The notes beneath the pieces are model-generated. The model saw only the letters and a program-made list of their open reading frames with translations, did not search any database and was not told the origin of the DNA. A stretch of DNA of 64,000 bases. Origin: an uncultured delta proteobacterium. GTDB taxonomy: Bacteria; Bdellovibrionota; FAC87; UBA2466. A program made the position numbers and the translations under genes. The stretch lies in contig CAVZSV010000004.1 in assembly GCA_963778115.1 (NCBI GenBank), positions 864,001 to 928,000 on the forward strand, given 5' to 3'. Each line of letters begins with the position of its first letter. Position 1 is the first letter of the stretch. Positions 18,797-28,652 of the stretch are shown one piece after another.

Positions 18797-19918
18797 TTAG
18801 AACGCGATTTCCAAAGCGACATAGAATCGGGTGGCCTCGGGATCATAGAAGGCCGAGTCATAGCGGATGTTTTGTAAAATCGTAGATCCGCGACTCATTC
18901 CAATTTGCGGAGCAATATTGGGGGTAATTCGATATTTGAAATACGTACCCAAACCGAAAGAGGTCGTGGCAGCTGGAGTGGTTGACGAGAAGTCATACTC
19001 TTCGTACATGCGGTAGTACCCTTTTCCCCAAGCTACGAAATTTAATTTACTAGGAATGATTTCCCAATCCGCTTGCGCCTGAGCTCCAAAGACCATCTTC
19101 TGCAGAGGAACGCCGTTATAAGTGGCATAGCGGTTAAAAGAGTACTCAAACAGGGGGGAGACGGATAGGGCTAGCTGTTTGTCGAAGAGCTCTTTTTTAA
19201 TGTGAAGCGCTACCGAGGCGCGAGTAATATTTTTTGTATCGCTTGAAATCTTAGAAACAGGAAGAGTGACTCCGGTTTCGACATTCCACTGCGAGCCTAA
19301 GAATTCCGGGGTCAATTCATAATCGTAGAAGAGACGAGTATCATCGACTAGAAATTCCTGTTCGCCGACAGCGGCAATCTCATAAAGTTTCCTAGCTTCC
19401 TGACCTATCCCGACATGACTTCGGTTATCGATACGAAACATGCCTTCCGCCAAAAACTCGGTGAAAGATCGCGTACCCGACTGAGTAGTGACGGCTTCGC
19501 CCGCCAGAAAATCAAATGAGAATCTAGGCCCTGAAGTAGAATCCATCTTTTCAGTCAAAGCGCCTTGAGGAGTATTGGAAAATTCTTCTGGAATCTCAGG
19601 GATGGTCTCAGAATCCAAAGGGGAGTTACTAGCGACGGATGAACTGATGGGAATTTCTGCTGGAATTTCCGCTAACTTCTCGGGAATCGTAATTGTGTGA
19701 CTTGGCTCCACGGCTTGTCTCGCTCCGGGTGCTGTTTCATCCGCGTCATGCTTCTCTTCTACGGGAGTTTCTTCAAGAGTTTCGGTTTGAGGAGCAATCG
19801 TTACCGCTTCAGCGGGCCGTAACGCTTCGGGCTGCGAAGTTTTCGGCTTGTTGACCAAGTAGATAGCAGCAGTCGTCATAGCGACTACCAGAACGACCGT
19901 GATAAAAATGTTACGCAT
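18797..19918 (-). CDS. Probable outer-membrane beta-barrel with acidic Pro/Glu-rich N-terminal linker
   Basis: Amphipathic strands in the C-terminal 240 aa; ends FYVALEIAF (beta-signal-like). Confidence 0.65.
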   Translation of the reverse strand: MRNIFITVVLVVAMTTAAIYLVNKPKTSQPEALRPAEAVTIAPQTETLEETPVEEKHDADETAPGARQAVEPSHTITIPEKLAEIPAEIPISSSVASNSPLDSETIPEIPEEFSNTPQGALTEKMDSTSGPRFSFDFLAGEAVTTQSGTRSFTEFLAEGMFRIDNRSHVGIGQEARKLYEIAAVGEQEFLVDDTRLFYDYELTPEFLGSQWNVETGVTLPVSKISSDTKNITRASVALHIKKELFDKQLALSVSPLFEYSFNRYATYNGVPLQKMVFGAQAQADWEIIPSKLNFVAWGKGYYRMYEEYDFSSTTPAATTSFGLGTYFKYRITPNIAPQIGMSRGSTILQNIRYDSAFYDPEATRFYVALEIAF

Positions 19919-19947
19919 CAGAAAATCCCTCTTCTACGAAACTGTGT

Positions 19948-21411
19948 TTACTGAACTTGTTCGCCCGACATTTTCTGAGGTATCACTATTGCGGCCGCCT
20001 TCATCTCTTCGATCTCTTTGGCCAGATCAGCACTTCGCTTGGAGAGTTCTTCATGCTTTACCCTGGCTGCATCAAGTTTCTCCTCGTTCTCTGGAATTGA
20101 GTGTGCTTCAAGCTGGGTAATCTCTCTCGCTTTCGCTTCGATCTGAAGGCTTAGAATATCTAACTCTGCCATTTTGACTGTCGTTTTCAGCTCATTTAAC
20201 TTCGTCGAAAAGATTACGCCATTTGTCCCAATTGCATCATTCGCGTCCTTCACGGCTTTGGCTAATTCTCCGCGAATAGTCTCGAGGTCATTTTTCGAAG
20301 CGGCCTTGGCGGCGGCATTCGCTCTGTCCATATCAGAACGAAGAGTCGTGATGAGCCCTTCCACTCGACCAATCTCGTCAGCTACTTTCTGTTTTGCGGT
20401 ATTAAGTTCAGCCTTCACCGCATCAACTTTAGTAGTGATCTCTTTGGTCAGATCTTGTTTGGCTTTTGCGAGTTCGGTAGTGACGCCGGCGACTTTTTCA
20501 GTCATTTCATTGCGGATGGCGATGTCGGCTTTGGTCAAATCTTCTACTTTGGTGTTCAACGCCGTAATCAACTCCGCCAAACGTTTATCCTCGGCTTGGA
20601 GTTCGGTCTTAGTATTGCCAAGTTTAGTATCCAACCCAGCAATGAGTGCGTCCAACTGAATGTCCTTAGCCTGAAGCGCTTTGGCAGTCGCTTCGAACTC
20701 TGTTCTTAGCGTAGCGAGAGTGCCCGTGAGCTTGGTATCGACTGCCGTTAAGTTAGTCTGTACGGTGTCGATATTTTTTTGAAGTTCGATATGTTTCTGG
20801 TCGATAGTTGCGAACTGGCTTCGCAATGTTCGGCGGTGGACCAATTCATTTTGCTTGGTCGTCCGATTAAAGGGACGCGCCTTGTTGAACGTGATGCTGG
20901 TAATAAAACCAGTCTTTCCAAAATTCACTTTGCATTGTGCTGTGAAATCTTCTTCGTACTCGGAGGCCTCTACGCAGAGGTCTCCCACTTCGATACGCGT
21001 AATGGGCTTACCCTTAGCGGAGAGATTTTTCGCCGTAGCGACAGCGGTATTTTGATCAAGGACTTGAGAATTTCCCATGACGAGATAAGTAGCGTCCGCA
21101 TCCACTTCGGCATCGAGATCGCTATACAACTTAAAGACGGCGACTACAGGAGCCGTCGTTAGACCGCTCGCGGGACATGGGGCTGAAGATAATTCAATCG
21201 CTTTGGTTCCATCCACGTATTGAACCGTCTGCAGACACTGGTTTTCGCTTTTAAAACCGACCTTCGCGTATTCGGAAGTCAGGGCGCTTGAAAATTCGGC
21301 CGAACCGATGGCTGTTCCACGAGGAGGGAGATCTCTTTTCTGGGCACAGCCCAAAAGAGCGACCATTCCAATAACCGCAACGAGACCAACTTTACGCGTA
21401 ACCATCCGCAC
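19948..21411 (-). CDS. Lipoprotein with long C-terminal coiled coil
   Basis: LLGC lipobox; heptad-like Ala/Leu/Lys/Glu-rich region over about 280 aa. Confidence 0.75.
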   Translation of the reverse strand: MRMVTRKVGLVAVIGMVALLGCAQKRDLPPRGTAIGSAEFSSALTSEYAKVGFKSENQCLQTVQYVDGTKAIELSSAPCPASGLTTAPVVAVFKLYSDLDAEVDADATYLVMGNSQVLDQNTAVATAKNLSAKGKPITRIEVGDLCVEASEYEEDFTAQCKVNFGKTGFITSITFNKARPFNRTTKQNELVHRRTLRSQFATIDQKHIELQKNIDTVQTNLTAVDTKLTGTLATLRTEFEATAKALQAKDIQLDALIAGLDTKLGNTKTELQAEDKRLAELITALNTKVEDLTKADIAIRNEMTEKVAGVTTELAKAKQDLTKEITTKVDAVKAELNTAKQKVADEIGRVEGLITTLRSDMDRANAAAKAASKNDLETIRGELAKAVKDANDAIGTNGVIFSTKLNELKTTVKMAELDILSLQIEAKAREITQLEAHSIPENEEKLDAARVKHEELSKRSADLAKEIEEMKAAAIVIPQKMSGEQVQ

Positions 21412-21454
21412 TCCTTCGAATCGATATGGAAAGTTTCACCCCAAAAGAACGCGC

Positions 21455-21483
21455 AAGATACCCGCACTGACGCATCGTGTCAA
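21455..21483 (-). promoter_or_regulatory. Sigma70-like promoter
   Basis: TTGACA-N17-TATCTT upstream of the 21411 start. Confidence 0.6.
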
Positions 21484-21692
21484 CATATAACTATTTAAAA
21501 TAACACTGGGAGATTGGGCAGGGGGCGTTTCAATAGGCCCAAGGCCCTTATCTTTCCGTAAACAAAGTCGAATGCTCCCGAGGCACCCGACTAGGGAAAA
21601 AGAATTACCGCTGTGTGATTACCCAATAGATTTTTGGAACATGACATCCCCCACATGGCGTTGTATTTCGCTATCAATAGAGGGGGTATTTC

Positions 21693-22196
21693 ATGCGTGT
21701 TTCAAGGCTCGTCATTGCCATCATCGTATTGGCTACCTTAGGCAGAGGAGTCCAAAGCCATGCTGACAACGGAACGCCCCCCACGGCGGCTAGTTTGCAT
21801 TGGCTAGCAGGAACGTGGAAATCGACTTCACAAAATAGCGACGAACAGATCCAATTCATGGAACCCTTAGCAGGCCTCATCCTAGGAGCCAGTCGGATGG
21901 TGAGCGATAATAAGGTGGCCTTCGCCGAACTTATTCGGATTCAAGAAAGCGCCAGAGGACTTGTCTTAAATCCCAATCCCCTATTCCTGTTGGACGTTGG
22001 CAAAGTCGGAACTACTTTCATCTACAGCACGGAAAAAAGTACCGCGGAAAGTGCGGTTTTCGAAAATCCGCAAAACGTTCCCACCACCATCATTTACGAA
22101 CGCAAGGACAGCGACGGCCTCGTCAATTATGCCCGTAACGCCAAAGGCCAAGACCTACCGGGAACTCCGATGACATACCGCAAAGTAGGAAATTAA
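21693..22196 (+). CDS. Secreted protein, DUF6265-like
   Basis: Signal peptide; LHWLAGTW, F.ELIRI and AVFENP motifs. Confidence 0.65.
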   Translation: MRVSRLVIAIIVLATLGRGVQSHADNGTPPTAASLHWLAGTWKSTSQNSDEQIQFMEPLAGLILGASRMVSDNKVAFAELIRIQESARGLVLNPNPLFLLDVGKVGTTFIYSTEKSTAESAVFENPQNVPTTIIYERKDSDGLVNYARNAKGQDLPGTPMTYRKVGN

Positions 22197-22270
22197 ATAG
22201 CATTTGGGAAAACTGCCCCACTCGGGGATTTTTGGTACATGACACAACGCAGGAGCCAAGCCTACGGGAT

Positions 22271-22286
22271 TGGCATCGGCGATGCA
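22271..22286 (+). promoter_or_regulatory. Sigma54-like promoter
   Basis: TGGCATCGGCGATGCA (GG-N10-GC) about 50 nt before the 22336 start. Confidence 0.45.
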
Positions 22287-22335
22287 TTGCTAGAAATAGA
22301 AAGGTTTCATTTCGAGGAACGGACGGGGGACATCG

Positions 22336-22749
22336 ATGAAACACGTAGGAAAAAACCTAATCGTTCGGCTGGCAATGCTCTTGGCACTTCTCACTTTATC
22401 GGGATGTTATTTAGCGGCGGAGCCCGATGATTACTATGATCCCGATCCGGCACCTCCCTTTGTGGAAGGACAGAGTGCTCAACTCGTGACCTATGTGAAC
22501 TCCGCTTTCACCTATCAGCTAACGTGCAACACCAATGTCGGAGATCCTTGTCAGTTCACACTAATCAACACCCCCTTGCACGGCACTTTGCAATTAGTGT
22601 CTAGCTCGGGGCAAATAGTCTACACGCCGGACCCGGGTTATGTGGGATATGACAACTTTGATTTTCAAACCCAAGTAGATGATCTGGTCGCCGACGCTCC
22701 GGCGACCATAACCATCCAAATAAATCCGGTGGGCACACATCATACTTAG
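22336..22749 (+). CDS. Lipoprotein with Ig-like/cadherin-like (Big_9-type) domain
   Basis: LSGC lipobox; PLHGTL...IVYTPDPGYVGYDNFDF. Confidence 0.75.
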   Translation: MKHVGKNLIVRLAMLLALLTLSGCYLAAEPDDYYDPDPAPPFVEGQSAQLVTYVNSAFTYQLTCNTNVGDPCQFTLINTPLHGTLQLVSSSGQIVYTPDPGYVGYDNFDFQTQVDDLVADAPATITIQINPVGTHHT

Positions 22750-23042
22750 GGAACGCCTGGTTCGTTCGTCCTTTTCTGGCTCTGAAACTCAATGCCTCCG
22801 GTGAACTTGGTAAGCCAGTTATAGATAACGCAGACAAAAGCTACCATAACGAAACCAATGACCGCGTAGAGAAAGGGGATGAAAAGCATGAGAGCCCCTC
22901 CGAGATGGCCGAATTTTCCTTCGGTATGAAAGGCAATGGAAAGAATTCCAACAGGGATGCAGATAACGGCTGTTAGAACAAAGTACAAGATCGCCATCAC
23001 CTTAGCGGTTTGAACGGTTTCAAACTTCATGATTTGTTGCAT
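22746..23042 (-). CDS. Small two-TM membrane protein (DUF3566-like)
   Basis: Two hydrophobic helices; IYNWLTKFTGGIEF tail. Confidence 0.7.
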   Translation of the reverse strand: MQQIMKFETVQTAKVMAILYFVLTAVICIPVGILSIAFHTEGKFGHLGGALMLFIPFLYAVIGFVMVAFVCVIYNWLTKFTGGIEFQSQKRTNEPGVP

Positions 23043-23215
23043 TAGAGTTCCTGGTTAGTGGGAAAAGCAGCGTAAATTATACCAAAGTCGATGAGAACCC
23101 TGAGGGCAGCGACAAAAAGTGGCCCTCCGCCTTTTCCTTTGCCAGCAATATTATCCACTACAAGCGGGAAATGGCTTGGATCCGGCGTTGCAAAGAAGAC
23201 CGCAGGAGGTCGTCT

Positions 23216-23533
23216 GTGCCACGATGGATAATTGCCTTTCTTTGCGTTTCCCCCTTGATGTTGGGTTGTGCTCATACCGATTCGGACCCTATAGGGAAAG
23301 ACATTGCCCAGTCCATCTCCGCTGAGGACAAAGCGGAAGCGGTTGATAATAGAGTACCGCCAAATACCGTTATCTCGAGTTCCCCGGCGGTAGCGGCCCC
23401 GCGACCGAAACGTGTTTCGGAAATGTCCATGCAAGGCAGCCGTCCGACTCGTCACAAGCGAATTGCCAGCCACAAAGTTCAGCACAGACACCACAAAACA
23501 AAAAGGAAGCAGGAGGATAACCTGGCTTCGTAA
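23216..23533 (+). CDS. Small lipoprotein with basic tail
   Basis: AGGAGG RBS, GTG start, MLGC lipobox. Confidence 0.6.
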   Translation: MPRWIIAFLCVSPLMLGCAHTDSDPIGKDIAQSISAEDKAEAVDNRVPPNTVISSSPAVAAPRPKRVSEMSMQGSRPTRHKRIASHKVQHRHHKTKRKQEDNLAS

Positions 23534-23630
23534 CTCGTACGCGCAAAACGTCACCGATGTGTATCTCGTTGGCGAATTCATTCGCCACGGAAAGAGAATA
23601 TTTGGCGTTACTCTTCAAGAATGCAGGGAG

Positions 23631-23646
23631 CGGAACGACTCTTGCT
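23631..23646 (+). promoter_or_regulatory. Sigma54-like promoter
   Basis: CGGAACGACTCTTGCT (GG-N10-GC) about 35 nt before the 23681 start. Confidence 0.5.
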
Positions 23647-23680
23647 TTCATTCTCAGCGGAGGAGAGCCGGTGAGGCAAC

Positions 23681-24397
23681 ATGCGTCGACTATGGGTGAC
23701 AACGATCCTGCTTAGCATTTTAAGTGGCCTTTGTTTTGCGGAAACTCCGAGGAAGATTCACGTTGAGCCCATCGTTCAGGCAGGCCAAGCAGGAGACTCC
23801 ATCGCAAATTCCCAGGACAACCCCGAACAACATCGCCTTCCCTTGGACATTATCGTCTGGAAGAACGTAAATGGGTTTGAGACGCTCGTCAGCGAGTACC
23901 GGCACGAATATCCTGGATCCAACCAATGGCAGGCAACTTTGGATTTCTTAAATTTAGACGAACACCGCTGCCTCAAACACTGGATACAACAGCTAATTAA
24001 AGATTTAAAATCAGCAGACGTGCAAAGAGCTGAGCGCACCGGACTCGTCGGGAACAAACCCAGATTTACCTACACCGTTGAATTCATTAATAGTGCGCTC
24101 GACGAAGACGTTTACCAATGCGGTGGTTACGCCATTAAACTACGAGTGACCGCTTTCCTCGATCATCACGATAGCCAAATCGATGTCCCCGGCGATGCAT
24201 TAGCTGGAGTCTATGAAGTTCCCAAATCCTACATCGTAAAAGATGACACGGGCTTTGGAGTGCTTAAAAAAAGTGAACTGTTGCACGTCATCCAAGAAGC
24301 CAAGAGAGACTGGCATGATGAGATCGCAAATTATCGGAGGTCTTCGGATCCCGAAATTCAAACCGCCGTTGGCCCTAAACGAAATGATCTCCCTTAA
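23681..24397 (+). CDS. Hypothetical secreted protein
   Basis: GAGG RBS; signal peptide ending LCFA. Confidence 0.7.
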   Translation: MRRLWVTTILLSILSGLCFAETPRKIHVEPIVQAGQAGDSIANSQDNPEQHRLPLDIIVWKNVNGFETLVSEYRHEYPGSNQWQATLDFLNLDEHRCLKHWIQQLIKDLKSADVQRAERTGLVGNKPRFTYTVEFINSALDEDVYQCGGYAIKLRVTAFLDHHDSQIDVPGDALAGVYEVPKSYIVKDDTGFGVLKKSELLHVIQEAKRDWHDEIANYRRSSDPEIQTAVGPKRNDLP

Positions 24398-24490
24398 CTC
24401 TTCGTTTTAATACCCGTTATCTCCTACTCAATATCCCTCGATCGTCCAATCCTTAGACACTCCAAAGATGGATTTTATTCATCTTTTTAT

Positions 24491-24506
24491 AGGCATCACG
24501 ATTGCA
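24491..24506 (+). promoter_or_regulatory. Sigma54-like promoter
   Basis: AGGCATCACGATTGCA (GG-N10-GC) about 37 nt before ATG 24543. Confidence 0.5.
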
Positions 24507-24542
24507 CTATTTAGGGATGCAACGGGGTTCCGGGGGACATCA

Positions 24543-25685
24543 ATGTACGGCAACAAAAACCACTCTAGTTACGCTCTATTGCTCTTGATCCTAAACTTCT
24601 TAATGTTGGCGCATCCAGCGCCCCTCTATGCTTGGCCGCCCGATCGCAATCAAGCCGATCGAAATTCACAGCAGCTGACCGGCGATGGAGCCCAACAACA
24701 GCAACAGGCCGCCCTGCTAAACCGAGCGGCCGCGGCCGGTTACGAATCTCAAGCCCGAGACCAAGACGCCATCTGCGCCTCCTGACACCAAGGAGGAACG
24801 TCGCCTGAGGCTCAGGCGGCAAAACAAAAGGCGGCAGACCTGCGTCAACTGGAGAACGTAGAACTCCAAAAAGCAGCGATGCACGACGCTCAGGCCAAAG
24901 CGCTAAGCGACGCCGCCTCTCAGTTCGATAAAGACGCAAAAACGGTTACCAACGACGAAACCACCAAAGGCGACCAGCTCAAAGGCCAGAGTGACTCTAA
25001 TCACTGGAACGGAGCCGAGCTTGAAATGGAAAGAGGCGATAAAGCCGCCAATGCCGGGACAGGTTCGGATTCGTCGACTGCGGCTTCCGCCGCAAGTCGC
25101 CCCACGCCCACAAATAACTCCGATCCGCTCTCCCAACTGGCCTCTCTACAAGCCGATGCAACCCTCGGGGGAAATGGAAATCGAGAGGCAGAGAATACCA
25201 GGGTGACGGGAACTACCGCAGGACATCTGCAAAACGAACTGGCTGATTTGGCAGCTTCAGAAAATGGAAAAGGAGCAAAGGGGGAAAATGGGAGGGGAAT
25301 TAGCGGTGGTGGAAGTGCTGATGCGAACCCCTCAGATCACTCCTCCTCTTTTCTAGCGGGCCTGGAAGCGCAGACTAAGAATGGCGGCCTACTAGCTAAG
25401 GGAATCTTGGAAACCGAAAGTCAATCCGGACAGGGGAATAAAGCAAATTCACTTAATGCTGGCTTGCCAAATGTTTCGGAGCATTCTTTGGGAAACCCCA
25501 AGGCCGGAGCGGGCAGCTCTTCTAAGATGCTTTCCCTTGGTGGAGCTGGGCCCGCATCCGGCACTCTCAGAGGCTTATTTTCTCTAAGTGGCTTAAATTC
25601 CCTATTCCACTCGACGACAGGATTCTTGCTGCTGATTCTTGGTGCCCTCGCTCTTGTCGTAGGGAGCCGCCGCCGAAACCAATAA
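24543..25685 (+). CDS. Exported, C-terminally anchored 380-codon protein with one in-frame TGA inside a CxxCH-like motif (candidate selenoprotein or nonsense allele)
   Basis: ORFs 24468-24785 and 24879-25685 share a frame and are separated only by TGA 24783-85; signal peptide at start, TM + RRR at end. Confidence 0.7.
24800..24820 (+). promoter_or_regulatory. SECIS-like hairpin downstream of the in-frame TGA
   Basis: GTCGCCTGA-GGC-TCAGGCGGC: 9-bp stem (one G-U) with a G-led loop, 23 nt after the TGA. Confidence 0.4.
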
Positions 25686-25702
25686 GCCATTTATGAGAAT
25701 GA

Positions 25703-26197
25703 CTAGTGAGTCGTCCCTAAAAGACGATTCACTTCCGTCTGGATATCGCTTGCGCTCAAGTCGCCACTTTTGGTGATATTCCCCGTCTGATCTACGACGA
25801 CGGAAAAGGGAATATAGTCTTGAGCGCCAAATTGCTGGCCGAAGTCTTCGGATTTTCCAGCCACTACAAACGTAATATTATGTTGCGACTTCCATTGCTG
25901 AAGAAACGAAACGTCTGGCTGAGATCCGTTATCGTATCCTTCGCCGGAAAGGCTCGCGAATATTACGTTGGGATTGTTCGCATACGTGCTTGCATAGAGA
26001 GGCGCCAAGTCATCCATCTCTTGGTTGCAATACGGACACCAACCCGCATCAAAGACGAATACCTGAACTTTACCCAATCCATCCGTAGTGCAGAACTGGG
26101 TATTGTCCACCGTAGTGAAGCAGTCTTTTGCCAAATCCGCGCGAGCTACTCCAGCGGAAAAAATCAACAACGCTACTATCGATAAAAAATATTTCAT
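25703..26197 (-). CDS. Exported thioredoxin-fold protein (TlpA/ResA-like)
   Basis: Signal peptide; AGWCPYCNQE; IPFSVVVD cis-Pro motif. Confidence 0.85.
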   Translation of the reverse strand: MKYFLSIVALLIFSAGVARADLAKDCFTTVDNTQFCTTDGLGKVQVFVFDAGWCPYCNQEMDDLAPLYASTYANNPNVIFASLSGEGYDNGSQPDVSFLQQWKSQHNITFVVAGKSEDFGQQFGAQDYIPFSVVVDQTGNITKSGDLSASDIQTEVNRLLGTTH

Positions 26198-26338
26198 AGT
26201 TTCCTCCTGTACTTCGATTATGACTTTCCCCTAGTACAGGACTGGAGAGTGAGACCTGTTTCCCCTAACAACTGCTAACAGGATTTAGCAAAATCAGTCA
26301 GATATTTGACGGTATTTTTCTAATAACGCGGAGGTCGT

Positions 26339-27565
26339 CTAAGGATAAAAACCCCGCTCTTTGAGGAAAGATCGAAAAGATTCCTCGGCATCTAGCGTAG
26401 CAATATCGCGCGCCGCTAGGCGTACCCTTGCCGAGAGTTGATTGTCCGAAAGCATTTCCATGACGATCTGGGAAAGTCGGCAAGACGTTAGGGTTCCCGA
26501 ACGAAGCCGCTTTCCCAAGCCCTTGGCGCAAAACTTCTCCATGCAAAGATACTGATCCAAGTTAAAGGGAATCCCAAGTACCGGGACTCCTTCACAGATG
26601 GCCTGATAAGCTAACGTGCTACCGCCGTTACAGATCACCAAACTGGCTCTGCGGCTGGCTAGATCGGCGGGCAAGTAATCGGCCACATAAACATTTTTTG
26701 GTGAAGACGAGAGTCGGGTTCGTCCTGCAGTGGCTACCAAGAGGTTTACGTTTTGGCGTGCCAAGGATGCTACCAAAAGAGGCAATAGCGACGAGTCCCC
26801 TGAAGAACCCATCGAAATAAAAAGCGAGGGACGAGTCGAATCCACCTCGTCCCACCACGGCGGCAGGGCTATGGAGCCCTTCCAAAGAATAGGTCCCAAA
26901 TATCTCTGATTCGTCGGTAAGTTGTTGGTGGGGACAATTTCGGGAGAGTCAGAAAACAAAGTGTAGTCGCCGTAGCTATAGACCTCCTCCATGTTAGCAA
27001 AGGGTCTAAGACCATAGTGTCTTCTTAGCCGATTCAACGGAAAGGCATGCAGGCGAAGCACCCAAGGAATCAATGGCTTCATCAGGGAGCTAGCCAAAGC
27101 AACTCCCAGCCATTTAACTAACGGGTGCTCGGGAAGCGGATACGTTTCGCCTCTGGCATAGGGGCTCCAATGCGCATTCGTTATCGTCGCAAGAGGGACT
27201 TGGGCTAGCTTAGCGCTAATCGACAATGAGATTCTCATGTCGCTTACGATGAGATCCGGTTTGATTCGACGAATGAGAGCCAAATCCTCTTCGATATATC
27301 GTTTCAATGTCTGGTAACCAAACGGAGGTAGTCCCCTGGAGAGAGCGCGAGTGAAGTCCAGAGCAGAGATCGAATACAGGGGCCATCGTTGGGTTTCAAA
27401 TCCCTCATAGAGCGAGGCAAAACGGTCAGCGCTAGCAAAGTGAATCTCTATATTCTCTTTCTCTAGTGACCTACATAGAGCAAGGGGACGGGTCACATGG
27501 GCAGCGGTTACCGCTTCACTAACGAATAGGAGGCGCTTAGAAGAAAAGCCCTTTGTTTTTTGCAT
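26339..27565 (-). CDS. GT-B glycosyltransferase (GT1/GT28 C-terminal type)
   Basis: AHVTRPLAL, ISMGSSG, DYLP and ICNGGS...GVPVLGIPFNLDQ motifs. Confidence 0.85.
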   Translation of the reverse strand: MQKTKGFSSKRLLFVSEAVTAAHVTRPLALCRSLEKENIEIHFASADRFASLYEGFETQRWPLYSISALDFTRALSRGLPPFGYQTLKRYIEEDLALIRRIKPDLIVSDMRISLSISAKLAQVPLATITNAHWSPYARGETYPLPEHPLVKWLGVALASSLMKPLIPWVLRLHAFPLNRLRRHYGLRPFANMEEVYSYGDYTLFSDSPEIVPTNNLPTNQRYLGPILWKGSIALPPWWDEVDSTRPSLFISMGSSGDSSLLPLLVASLARQNVNLLVATAGRTRLSSSPKNVYVADYLPADLASRRASLVICNGGSTLAYQAICEGVPVLGIPFNLDQYLCMEKFCAKGLGKRLRSGTLTSCRLSQIVMEMLSDNQLSARVRLAARDIATLDAEESFRSFLKERGFYP

Positions 27566-27600
27566 TCGAGACTATTGTACGGTGTCGTTGGGCACTAGAC

Positions 27601-27632
27601 AAAAAAAATCCCACTCCAAACTGGAGTGGGAT
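27601..27632 (-). terminator. Intrinsic terminator
   Basis: ATCCCACTCCA-AAC-TGGAGTGGGAT hairpin followed by a T-run on the minus strand, just after the 27656 stop. Confidence 0.85.
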
Positions 27633-27655
27633 CTCTTTTTGAAACTAAATAAAAG

Positions 27656-28600
27656 TTATTCTTGCGGAAGCACGACTAACTGCTGGCTCGCCGGAATTTC
27701 AGTACTACCTCGCAAGATAGTGCTGCCTCCGACGGTGGTAAGCGGGGTAAGAGTGCTGGTTCCGTTAAGAATCGTTCCCGTCGTACCGATCGGATAGGTC
27801 GTTCCAATGGTTCCAATCGTTCCCACGGTTCCAGCCGGATAGCTGCTTCCTAGAGTCGCAGGATAACTGGTTCCCAATACTCCTGTCGTGCCGATCGGAT
27901 AGGACGTCCCGATCGTACTGCCTACCGGAATGACTCCAGTCGTACCCGTAGAAACGCCGCCCGAAAGAGTCGAGGCCCCAATGCCTGCGGTTCCGTACGC
28001 AGCCCCTGCGTAACCGGGATATAACTGGGTTCCGCTGTAACCAGGATAGCTGGGGAACGGAGTGGCTCCATAGCCGGGATATCCGTAAGCGCCCGCTCCA
28101 TAAGGAGGTATTGCACCGTAAGGCGAAACTCCGTACGGGGGAATTCCATAGGGGGGAACTCCGTAACCGGAAGCGCCGTAACCGTACCCGCCATAACCGG
28201 GATACAGATCGGGCTGGAAATTCGAGGACCAGGAAAACTCATTCACAACATCAGGAGCTCCGAACCAACTATTGTTGTTCCAGTTATTCCAGTTGTGATG
28301 ATCGTCGCAGGGGACATTGCCACGGGCCCAGTTCTCTTTGTCGTAGGTGACATTGAGGTTAACCGTGCTGTGGTCCCAGCTATTATTGCCGTGCCAGTTA
28401 TTCCCACTGCTATTCCAATTGCTGTTGCTATTGCCCCCGTTCCAGCTGCCACCGCCACCGCCCCAGTTGTTATCGTGGGCCATACCGGTGCTAGCTGCGA
28501 ACACGGCACCTGCCAGAACTACCAGTTTAAGGGAGCGAAACGTCATTGCGATTCGCCAGCCATTACCTAGAGATTTTCTTGTTTGAATTGCGGTCTTCAT
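27656..28600 (-). CDS. Secreted low-complexity protein (Asn/Trp/Gly, then Gly-Tyr-Pro, then Gly-Thr blocks)
   Basis: Signal-like segment ending STGMA; compositional blocks; followed by terminator. Confidence 0.7.
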   Translation of the reverse strand: MKTAIQTRKSLGNGWRIAMTFRSLKLVVLAGAVFAASTGMAHDNNWGGGGGSWNGGNSNSNWNSSGNNWHGNNSWDHSTVNLNVTYDKENWARGNVPCDDHHNWNNWNNNSWFGAPDVVNEFSWSSNFQPDLYPGYGGYGYGASGYGVPPYGIPPYGVSPYGAIPPYGAGAYGYPGYGATPFPSYPGYSGTQLYPGYAGAAYGTAGIGASTLSGGVSTGTTGVIPVGSTIGTSYPIGTTGVLGTSYPATLGSSYPAGTVGTIGTIGTTYPIGTTGTILNGTSTLTPLTTVGGSTILRGSTEIPASQQLVVLPQE

Positions 28601-28652
28601 GTTGTTTCCTTCCTTAAGTCGATATTCATCGGTGCCTAGTTAAGTGTTAAGT

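Noticed and set aside
24783..24785. Genome-wide TGA reassignment as the explanation for the in-frame TGA
   Set aside because: TGA ends conserved genes here (gltX, cca, rfbB) at expected positions and Trp is encoded by TGG.
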